Shown here piece by piece: positions 50,079 through 57,293 of a stretch of DNA of 63,990 nucleotides. The notes under the pieces are model-generated. The model worked only from the letters and a program-made list of their open reading frames with translations, was not told the origin of the DNA and did not search any database. Within the stretch, counting starts at the first letter, position 1. Each line of letters opens with the position of its first letter. The stretch spans positions 1-63,990 of the forward strand of contig JAMOVQ010000012.1 in assembly GCA_027067575.1 (NCBI GenBank). Reading direction: 5' to 3'. This DNA comes from Thermoanaerobaculia bacterium. GTDB taxonomy: Bacteria > Acidobacteriota > Thermoanaerobaculia > Thermoanaerobaculales > Sulfomarinibacteraceae. A program made the translations under genes and the position numbers.

Positions 50079-50510
50079 ATGAGCGACCGGAAGTACCGTC
50101 ATCGCGGGTACATGGACGACGACAGGGACGAGCCCCGCCCAAGGCGCCGCGACGGCGGCGGACCGGGCCGCATCGAGGGGGCGCCGCGGGGCCGCACGGC
50201 GGGCCTGCCGGCCGACGTGGTGTTCGCCTGCGCCGTCTGCGGCCGGAAGATCCGGGTCTTCGAGGGGATCGAACCCGACGCCGCGTGCCCGGGGTGCGGC
50301 AAGCCGCTCCACACGTGCACCAACTGCGCCCACTTCGACACCTCGGCCCGGTTCGAGTGCCGCAAACCCGTCCCGGCGCGGATCGAGAGCAAGGCGAAGG
50401 CCAACCGGTGCGAGCTGTTCCGGCCGAAGATGGTCCGGGATCTCGCCGCCAGGGGCCCTGCCACGCCGGACGACGCCCGCGCCGCCTTCGACGCCCTCTT
50501 CAAGAAGTAG
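50079..50510 (+). CDS. Cys-rich hypothetical protein (putative Zn/Fe-S binding)
   Basis: GGAGG SD; CAVC, CPGC, HTCTNCAHF, ECRK, NRCELF. Confidence 0.8.
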   Translation: MSDRKYRHRGYMDDDRDEPRPRRRDGGGPGRIEGAPRGRTAGLPADVVFACAVCGRKIRVFEGIEPDAACPGCGKPLHTCTNCAHFDTSARFECRKPVPARIESKAKANRCELFRPKMVRDLAARGPATPDDARAAFDALFKK

Positions 50511-50616
50511 ACCACCGGCCATCCTGTCACCTCGGGATGCCACCCCTTGCCAGATCGACTAGAAAGACCGATCTTGGAGTTGGCACGGTTCGTGCTTGAT
50601 TCCAGACCGGGAGGTG

Positions 50617-51240
50617 ATGACGATGAGGACCGCACGGACACTGACGACCGGGTTCGCCATGGTGGCGATGCTGCTCGCGGTCGGCGTCGGCGCCGCCCAG
50701 GACACGGCGAAGGCGATGGACGTCGAGGTGACCCAGCCGGGCACCTGGGTGACCAAGGCCCAGACGGAGAACATGACCGTCGTGGTGGGGTACCGCCTGG
50801 CGGCGACCTCCCCCCGGCAGGACTGGCTGCTCGTCGAGCTGGCCGTCTCGGGCAGGGCGGGGAAGACCGCCACGATCCGGCGTGAGGACATCTCGGTGAT
50901 TGCGCCCGACGGCACCCGGATCCCGCTGGCCGACCAGGCGACGTTCGGCAAGGCGTACAACGAGCTCCGTTCGTACCTTCGCCGGATGATGGTGACGCGG
51001 GACCCGCTGGGGTACTTCCCCCCGCTCCGGCGCTCCTGTGACCTCCAGTTCCTGACGGAGCCCGGCCGGAAGGTCGTCTTCGACCAGGTCCAGGTTGACA
51101 ACTGGCGCGTGTGCGACGGGGTCCTGGCGTTCCCGCTCCCGAACGGGTTCAAGCCGGGCACCTGGACGCTGGTGATCGAACAACCCGATGGCGCGATCAA
51201 GATGCCGATGGACCTCGTGTCCGGCACCGCGAAGAACTAA
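50617..51240 (+). CDS. Secreted hypothetical protein
   Basis: GGAGG SD, signal peptide ending GAA-QD, high-GC3 codons, followed by a terminator. Confidence 0.8.
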   Translation: MTMRTARTLTTGFAMVAMLLAVGVGAAQDTAKAMDVEVTQPGTWVTKAQTENMTVVVGYRLAATSPRQDWLLVELAVSGRAGKTATIRREDISVIAPDGTRIPLADQATFGKAYNELRSYLRRMMVTRDPLGYFPPLRRSCDLQFLTEPGRKVVFDQVQVDNWRVCDGVLAFPLPNGFKPGTWTLVIEQPDGAIKMPMDLVSGTAKN

Positions 51241-51269
51241 GCAGTACCGAACCTCCTCCTCCTTCCTTC

Positions 51270-51303
51270 GGCTCCCCGCCCCCCGGCGGGGAGCCACCTT
51301 TTT
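51270..51303 (+). terminator. Intrinsic terminator
   Basis: GGCTCCCCGCC-CCCC-GGCGGGGAGCC 11-bp hairpin followed by ACCTTTTT. Confidence 0.8.
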
Positions 51304-51406
51304 CGGACGCTTCCCTCCGCGCATCTCCCCGTTGCGCGCCGACCACCGGACGGGCCGCGGGTGTCCGCGCTAGAATGGGGATGACCTTCCGAAGGGAACG
51401 AGGACG

Positions 51407-54400
51407 ATGATCCCGGGCCACCACACTGTCGCCGTGGCGGTCGCACTCGCCGCGGCCCTCGTCGTGCCGGCCTCCGGTTGCCGGCACCGGGAGGGGCCCG
51501 GCGCAGTCGTCGAACGTGTCGAGCCGGGCGGCGCTGCCTCGGAGGCCGGCATCCTCCCGGGGGACCGTCTCACCGCATGGTCCGGACCCAGCGGCCACGG
51601 CACGCTCCGGGACCCACTGGACCTGACCGCGGTGGAAGAGGAACAGGCCCCGCGTGGCCCCGTCACCATCACTCTCGTCCGGAACGGCCGTACGCGCCCC
51701 GTCGTCCTGCCCCGGGGGCTCTGGGGCCTCAACTGCCGGCCCGCCATGCCGCCGCGGTCGCTCGCGCGGTACCGGCACCTCCTCTCCGGTCCCGCGAACC
51801 CGGCAACCGCGGCCACGGCACTGGAGCGGCTCGCCGCGACCTCGGTGGAGGACGCCCGTCTCGCCGCATGGCTCCTCGCCAGGGCCGGGGAACGATGGGT
51901 CTGCGCCAGGGCGTTCGATGATGCGAGGCGGTGCTTCGCGATGGCGGAGGAGCGGCTCGGGAACCCATCGGGGGTGGCGGTCCTCCTCGAGCTCGAGGGC
52001 TCGGCGCTCATCGGGGCGGGCCACCCGCGGGACGCCGTGAAACCGCTCACCCGCGCGCTGGCCCTCCGGAGGCGCATCCTCCCGGACTCGCCCACCGTGG
52101 CGTGGACGGTGCATCAGCTCTCACGCACCAACCTCCGGGGGTTCGGCACGGAACTGGAGGAGGCCGAGGCGATCTATGCCTCACTCGGCCACCCGACAGT
52201 GGAACGGGCCGTGGTGCTCGCCGACCTGGCGATCCGCCACCATGTCGGGGACGATCTCGAGGCCGCCGAGGGCCTGTACCGGCAGGCCCTTGCCATCCTC
52301 GTGGAACTGGCCCCCCGTTCGAAACGGCGGGCGATGGTGCTCGGGAACCTCGGCCTGCTCCTCCAGAAACGGGGCGACTACGCCGAGGCGGCCCGCCTCG
52401 TCGAGGAGAGCCTCCACATCCACGAGAGGATCGACCCCGCCTCGCGGGAGGTGGTGTACGCGCTGAACGCGCTGGGGCTCGTCGCCAAGAGGACCGGCCG
52501 TTTTGGCCGGGCGGCCGTCTGGTACGAGCGGGCCCTCGAGGTCGCCCGACGCATCGGGCCCGACGGCGTCGAGGTGGCGGGCCTCCTGAACAACCTCGGG
52601 AACGCCGCCATGCGCCAGGGCGACCTCGACGGAGCCTGGCGCTGGCACAGGCAGGCGGCCCGGCTCCGCCACAGGCTCCACAAGGGTGGAGCCGAAGAGG
52701 CCTCCTCGCTCCACAACCTCGGACTCGTGGCCTCGAGGCGAGGGGAGGACGGAACGGCCCTCCGCTTCTTCGAGCGCGCCCTGGCGATCAAGCGCCGCGT
52801 GTGCCCCGGCACGCTGTCGGTCGCCAACACCCTGCTCGAGATCGCCACCGTCCGGTCCCGGCAGGGCGATCCGGAAGGAGCCCGCCTCGCGGCAGAAGAG
52901 GCGCTCCGGCTCCGACGGACCATCGTGCCCGGAAGCCTCGATGAGGCCGAGGCCCTCCTCGCGCTCGGGGATATCGACCTCGCCGCCGGAGAGGACACGG
53001 CCGCCGAGACACGGTGGAGCGAGGCCCTTACCGTGGCCGATCGCCACCGTTCGCGGCTGACGGCCGGTGCCGAGGATCATGCGAGGCTGGCCGGGGCGCT
53101 GGGCGGATCTGCCCGGCGGCTGGCCCGTCTCCTGGCCTCGGAAGGGCGAAACGTGGAGGCGTTCCGGCTCCTCGACGGATCGCGGGCGGCGACCCTCCGG
53201 GCGATCCTGGCGAGCCGGCCCGTCATCCACCGGGCACTCCCGGGCCCCACTGCGGCGAAGCTGGTTCGTCTGGAGATTGCCATCGACCGAATCCGCGGGC
53301 GTCTGGCCCGGAGCGGAACCGGCGCCGAAGCCGGGACGCTCCGGGAGATACAAGACCGGCTGACGGAGCTCGAGACCGAGCACCGGCGGCTGCTTGGGAC
53401 CGCGAGCCGGTCCGACCCGGGTCTGGCGGCTCTCCTCGATCCCGGGGTGCTGAACGAGGACCTCCTCGCAGAAGCGCTCTCCGGAGGAACGCTCCTCCTC
53501 GAATACTGCGTGACCGCTTCGGGAACGACACTGTTCGCGACGCGCAAGGGGGATGGTGGCGGGCTCCTCCTCGAGACCCGTGAGATCCCTGAAGGTGAGA
53601 CGGCGCTCGCGCGGAGGGTCGAGCTCGTGCGAGGGTTCCTTCGTTCCCCGGCTGCCACGTTGCCGATCGAACAGGCGCTCCGGATCCAGCTCGGAGCGCT
53701 CCACGATCTTCTGATCGGCCCGGCCTCGGAAGCCATCGGGGCGGCGGAACGAGTCGTGATCGTACCGGACGGCCCTCTGGAGGCCCTCCCGTTCGGGGCA
53801 CTGCTCGACCTCCAGCGGAACCGTTTCCTCGGAGCGTGGCGACCGATCACCGTTGCACCGTCGGGAGCGGTCTTCGCCGGCCTGGTCCGGAAGCGGGGAG
53901 CGGCCGGACGGTTCGGGAACGTTCTCGTGGTTGCCGTCCCGGATCCCGGCTCGGGCGCAAGGGGAAGCTCCCCGCCTCCCATCCCTTCGACCCATGTCGA
54001 GGCCGAACGGATCGCCGCCCGCTGGCCCGGCGCACTCCTGCTCGAGGGACCACGGGCCACGGTGGCCGCGTTCCTCCGGCACGCCCCCGAGGCCGGCCTG
54101 ATCCACATGGCCGTCCACGGCGAGCTCGACCGGTCGGAACCGTGGGAATCCGCCCTCCTACTGGCTCCGGGGGACGGGAGCGCAACGGGCCGCCTGACCG
54201 CTGGCGACGTAGCGATCCGTCTGCGAGCCCACGCCCGGGTCGTCGTCCTCTCGTCGTGCAGCACCGCGGGGGGTGCCGTCCCCGGGGATCCGGGGATCAC
54301 CGGCCTCGCGCGGGCGTTTCAGCTCGCAGGGGCGCATACGGTCGTCGCCGCGCTCTGGCCCGTCCCCGACCGTTCGACCACTGCACTGATGACCCGCCTC

Positions 54401-54547
54401 CACACCGGGCTGGCCTCGGGCCTTCCCACTGCGGACGCCCTCCGGCAGGCACGGCACGAGCTCCTGCACACTGCCGGGGCCGGGAGGCACGACCTCCGTC
54501 ATCCGGCCCACTGGGCCGCGTTCCGGGTGATTGGCGACTGGTGGTGA
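51407..54547 (+). CDS. PDZ + TPR + CHAT (caspase-like) protein, probably exported/lipoprotein
   Basis: Hydrophobic N-terminus ending ASGC; PDZ motif VEPGGAASEAGILPGD; TPRs (LGNLGLL, LNALGLV, LNNLGNA, LHNLGLV); CHAT IVPDGPLEALPFGAL, HMAVHG, VLSSCST, VVAALWPVPD, HWAAF. Confidence 0.9.
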   Translation: MIPGHHTVAVAVALAAALVVPASGCRHREGPGAVVERVEPGGAASEAGILPGDRLTAWSGPSGHGTLRDPLDLTAVEEEQAPRGPVTITLVRNGRTRPVVLPRGLWGLNCRPAMPPRSLARYRHLLSGPANPATAATALERLAATSVEDARLAAWLLARAGERWVCARAFDDARRCFAMAEERLGNPSGVAVLLELEGSALIGAGHPRDAVKPLTRALALRRRILPDSPTVAWTVHQLSRTNLRGFGTELEEAEAIYASLGHPTVERAVVLADLAIRHHVGDDLEAAEGLYRQALAILVELAPRSKRRAMVLGNLGLLLQKRGDYAEAARLVEESLHIHERIDPASREVVYALNALGLVAKRTGRFGRAAVWYERALEVARRIGPDGVEVAGLLNNLGNAAMRQGDLDGAWRWHRQAARLRHRLHKGGAEEASSLHNLGLVASRRGEDGTALRFFERALAIKRRVCPGTLSVANTLLEIATVRSRQGDPEGARLAAEEALRLRRTIVPGSLDEAEALLALGDIDLAAGEDTAAETRWSEALTVADRHRSRLTAGAEDHARLAGALGGSARRLARLLASEGRNVEAFRLLDGSRAATLRAILASRPVIHRALPGPTAAKLVRLEIAIDRIRGRLARSGTGAEAGTLREIQDRLTELETEHRRLLGTASRSDPGLAALLDPGVLNEDLLAEALSGGTLLLEYCVTASGTTLFATRKGDGGGLLLETREIPEGETALARRVELVRGFLRSPAATLPIEQALRIQLGALHDLLIGPASEAIGAAERVVIVPDGPLEALPFGALLDLQRNRFLGAWRPITVAPSGAVFAGLVRKRGAAGRFGNVLVVAVPDPGSGARGSSPPPIPSTHVEAERIAARWPGALLLEGPRATVAAFLRHAPEAGLIHMAVHGELDRSEPWESALLLAPGDGSATGRLTAGDVAIRLRAHARVVVLSSCSTAGGAVPGDPGITGLARAFQLAGAHTVVAALWPVPDRSTTALMTRLHTGLASGLPTADALRQARHELLHTAGAGRHDLRHPAHWAAFRVIGDWW

Positions 54548-54550
54548 TCC

Positions 54551-55222
54551 TCAACCCGGACCGCTCCTGGCGGTTTCACCTCCCGCCACGGTGAACGTCG
54601 CGATCCGCGACAGGAGCGGCCGACCCGCCGGCGACAGCCTCGCCTCGACGCGCCAGTGGTACGTCCCGCCACGGAACAAGAGGCCTGGGGGCACGGAGAC
54701 CGGCGGACCCTCGACCTCCGGACTGCGCCAGAGCGTCGCCCCCCCGGCGTCGAGTAGCTCCACCACGTAACCCCGTGCGTCAGGAACCGTGGTCCAGTCG
54801 AACGGGGGAGGCGGACCCGTGACGTCGCCCACCGGTCGGAGGAGCTGCGGAGCCGCTGGCGCCACCTCGCGGACCACCGGCGCCTTCCCCTCCCGTCCCG
54901 GACGAACGAGGAGCACGGCGGTCACCGCGAGCACGACGCCGGCGGCCAGCGCAAAGAGACGGACCGGTCGAAGAGCCGGGCGACGGCCCCCGCCCCGGAC
55001 CGGGGCATCCGGGTCGAAACGGGGCGCCTCCCGGGCGAGCTGGAGAAGGGCCCGATGCACCACGGAACACGACGGACAGCGGATCGCGTGCTCCACGAGA
55101 CGCCGTTCCTGTTCCGGAGCGAGCTCGCCCGTGGCGAACGCCTCCCACTCGGCCTCGGTGGGATGCGCTTCCTCGGGCGGCCACGCCCGGTACGCCCGGC
55201 CCAGCTCGTCCGGATCACGCAT
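54551..55222 (-). CDS. ZAS-type (zf-HC2) anti-sigma factor with one TM helix and an extracytoplasmic Ig-like domain
   Basis: HAIRCPSC (HxxxCxxC), TM segment LFALAAGVVLAVTAVLLV, beta-rich C-terminus (YHWRVEA); overlaps the ECF stop. Confidence 0.8.
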   Translation of the reverse strand: MRDPDELGRAYRAWPPEEAHPTEAEWEAFATGELAPEQERRLVEHAIRCPSCSVVHRALLQLAREAPRFDPDAPVRGGGRRPALRPVRLFALAAGVVLAVTAVLLVRPGREGKAPVVREVAPAAPQLLRPVGDVTGPPPPFDWTTVPDARGYVVELLDAGGATLWRSPEVEGPPVSVPPGLLFRGGTYHWRVEARLSPAGRPLLSRIATFTVAGGETARSGPG

Positions 55223-55742
55223 GGATCCCCCGTCGCGCGAGCTCTTTCCGGAGGTCGGCCATCCCCCGGGAGATCAGGTTCCGCGCCCTGTGGTAGCTCC
55301 ACCCGAACATTTCCATCACCTCCCGGACGTCGTACCCCGCCAGGTGCGCCCGGACCGCACGGGCCCGGTCAGGGGAGAGCGTCTCGATCGAGCCGGCGAT
55401 CTGCCGTCCCAGCTCGCGCGAGAACGCGCGCGCCTCCGGGTCCGGGTCCATCGCCGCCCGCTCGCCGACGGCGTCCATCGCCGTCTCCTGCTCCCGGCGC
55501 ACCCTTCGCAAGAGGCGCACGGTCTCCCGCACCGCCGTCCTGTAGATGTAGGAGGCGGGATGCCCCGGGGTTCGCTCATTGCCAAGGGCCTTCCAGAGCG
55601 AAAGAAAGACCTCCTGCTCCGCGTCCTCGGCGACCAGCGCACTCTCCGGGCCCGCCACCCGTCCCACCGCCGAGCGGACGAGCCGTGCGTACCGCTGGAC
55701 CAGCGCCTCGAACCGGCCGTTCCCTTCCGTTCGTGATGCCAC
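55215..55742 (-). CDS. ECF (sigma-70 family) RNA polymerase sigma factor
   Basis: Region 2 AEDAEQEVFLSLW, YIYRTAVRE; region 4 LSPDRARAV..GYDVREV. Confidence 0.88.
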   Translation of the reverse strand: MASRTEGNGRFEALVQRYARLVRSAVGRVAGPESALVAEDAEQEVFLSLWKALGNERTPGHPASYIYRTAVRETVRLLRRVRREQETAMDAVGERAAMDPDPEARAFSRELGRQIAGSIETLSPDRARAVRAHLAGYDVREVMEMFGWSYHRARNLISRGMADLRKELARRGIHA

Positions 55743-55788
55743 TGCCAGGAGTATACGACGGCGTCCACGGGCACGTCCCGGGAGAGCC

Positions 55789-55818
55789 TTGACCGGCCGG
55801 TGGGGTTCGGCGGAGAAT
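55789..55818 (+). promoter_or_regulatory. Putative sigma70 promoter of tRNA-Leu
   Basis: TTGACC-N18-GAGAAT, 9 nt upstream of the tRNA. Confidence 0.45.
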
Positions 55819-55827
55819 GGCCGGCGC

Positions 55828-55913
55828 GCCGGAGTGGCGGAATGGCAGACGCAGGGGACTCAAAATCCCCCGAGGGTCACCTCGTGCGGGTTCGACTCCC
55901 GCCTCCGGCACCA
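55828..55913 (+). tRNA. tRNA-Leu(CAA)
   Basis: GCCGGAG/CTCCGGC acceptor stem, TGGCAGAC D-loop, GGGGA-CTCAAAA-TCCCC anticodon arm, long variable arm, GGTTCGACTCC, encoded CCA. Confidence 0.95.
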
Positions 55914-55920
55914 CATCCGC

Positions 55921-56316
55921 TCAATCCACGGCCTCCCCGCGGATCCTCGCGGCCGTCTCCACGAGGCGGGCTTGCGCCTCCCGGTCCACCGGCGGAAGCG
56001 GGAAGTCCGCAAGGCTGTTCGTCGGCAGAAGGTGGACGTGAACGTGGGGCACCTCGTACCCGACCACCATGGTCACCACCCGGGCGCAGCCCGTCCGTTC
56101 CTTGAGGAGCGCGGCCACCGTCCGCGCTGCATCCCACAGCCGGTGGTAGGCCTCTTCCGGCATGGAGAACAGCTCCTCGTGGGGGTGCTTGGGGATCACG
56201 AGCGTGTGCCCCTCGACCCTCGGGTTGATATCGAGGAAGGCCAGGTGCTCCCCGTCCTCCCAGATCCTGTGACACGGGATCTCGCCCGCCACGATCCGTT
56301 CGAAGATCGTCGCCAT
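55921..56316 (-). CDS. HIT family nucleotide-binding protein
   Basis: TIFERIV.GEIP, FLDINP..EGHTLVIPK, VPHVHVHL triad. Confidence 0.92.
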   Translation of the reverse strand: MATIFERIVAGEIPCHRIWEDGEHLAFLDINPRVEGHTLVIPKHPHEELFSMPEEAYHRLWDAARTVAALLKERTGCARVVTMVVGYEVPHVHVHLLPTNSLADFPLPPVDREAQARLVETAARIRGEAVD

Positions 56317-56354
56317 GTGCGCCTCCCCTCATGACCGCCGCGAACCCCTGCCCC

Positions 56355-56397
56355 TTGACGGAACAACGGGGCACGGCTATATTCCTCGATGATTATA
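56355..56397 (+). promoter_or_regulatory. Sigma70 promoter with overlapping inverted-repeat operator
   Basis: TTGACG(56355)-N17-TATATT(56378); TATATTC-N6-GATTATA imperfect palindrome at 56378-56397. Confidence 0.75.
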
Positions 56398-56410
56398 AAG
56401 GAGGGTGCCG

Positions 56411-56776
56411 GTGCGAGCCCTTCCGTCCGACGAAGTCCTCGAGAAGATCGCCGATGTCTTGAAGGCGCTCGCCGATCCGACACGTCTCCGGATCCTCCAC
56501 GTGCTGCAGGACGGGGAGCTGTGTGTCAGCGACATCCTGGGCCATGTGGGGGGAAGCCAGGCCAACGTCTCGAAGCACCTGTCCGTGCTCAAACGCGCCG
56601 GGCTCGTCGGATGCCACCGGGAGGGGCTGAACGTGTTCTACCACATCTCGGACGACGGCGTCTTCGCCATCTGCCGCAACGTCTGCGACTCCCTGCAGAT
56701 CCGCCTCGACCGTGAACGTGAGACGCTGGCGGAGGCGAGAAGCCGCATGGACACGGGAACCGGGTCCCCGGACTGA
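56411..56776 (+). CDS. ArsR/SmtB-family transcriptional repressor, Cys-containing
   Basis: AAGGAGG SD then GTG 56411; LKALADPTRLRIL, ELCVSD, SQANVSKHL, C-terminal ICRNVC. Confidence 0.92.
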   Translation: MRALPSDEVLEKIADVLKALADPTRLRILHVLQDGELCVSDILGHVGGSQANVSKHLSVLKRAGLVGCHREGLNVFYHISDDGVFAICRNVCDSLQIRLDRERETLAEARSRMDTGTGSPD

Positions 56777-56801
56777 CGGCGAACCCATCGGAGTGAACCT
56801 G

Positions 56802-57005
56802 ATGAACGACCACCGAGGAACGACGACGACTCCGGCCATCCCCACGGGCACCTGCCCGGACTGCCGGGGCGAGGTGCTGCCGGTCCCGACTTGAGGAGCC
56901 ATTCTCTGGCGGTGCCGGAGCTGCAAGAACGTGTTCTACACAGGCCAGGTCTTTCCGGACGGCGTGCCGCTCGATGTGTGGCAGCGGCTCCCGTTCGGCT
57001 GCTGA
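56802..57005 (+). CDS. Candidate selenoprotein: 67-aa zinc-ribbon protein CPDC-x9-U-x6-CRSC (Sec at codon 31, TGA 56892-56894)
   Basis: GGAG SD then ATG; the two CxxC knuckles lie on either side of the TGA in one frame; SECIS-like hairpin follows. Confidence 0.7.
56904..56920 (+). promoter_or_regulatory. Putative bacterial SECIS element 1
   Basis: CTCTGGC-GGT-GCCGGAG, 7-bp stem (one G-U pair); loop begins 16 nt after the TGA. Confidence 0.65.
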
Positions 57006-57014
57006 GGAGGAACC

Positions 57015-57224
57015 ATGCCGATCTACGAGTACCGCTGTCTCGAATGCGGCGCCGTCTTCTCGAAGCTGCAGCGGGTTGGCGCGACCAGCGAGGGCGTGCG
57101 GTGCCCGAAGTGCGGCTCCGAGAAAGTGGAGCGCATGCTGTCCACCTTTGCCTCGGGCTCCTCGAGCGGAACCGGAACCTCAACCGGTGCGGCGTCGTGC
57201 ACGGGGTTCACCTGAGGCGTCTGA
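57015..57224 (+). CDS. FmdB-family zinc-ribbon protein, candidate selenoprotein (...SCTGFT-U-GV*); ends at 57215 if the TGA is a stop
   Basis: GAGGAGG SD; MPIYEYRCLECG..F..CPKCGS..VERMLSTFA; TGA 57213 followed by GGC GTC TGA and a SECIS-like hairpin. Confidence 0.85.
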
Positions 57225-57228
57225 CCCG

Positions 57229-57249
57229 ATGCCGCCAGGCTGGCGGCAT
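57229..57249 (+). promoter_or_regulatory. Putative bacterial SECIS element 2 (alternative: U-less terminator between convergent genes)
   Basis: ATGCCGCCA-GGC-TGGCGGCAT perfect 9-bp stem; loop 22 nt after TGA 57213; no U-tract on either strand. Confidence 0.55.
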
Positions 57250-57293
57250 GCACGGTGAACACAGACACACCCCGACCGGGAGGACCGGGAGCG

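Noticed and set aside
56712-56894. 60-aa ORF as called by the ORF track
   Set aside because: Its upstream part overlaps arsR; ATG 56802 with an SD and read-through of the TGA explains the sequence better.
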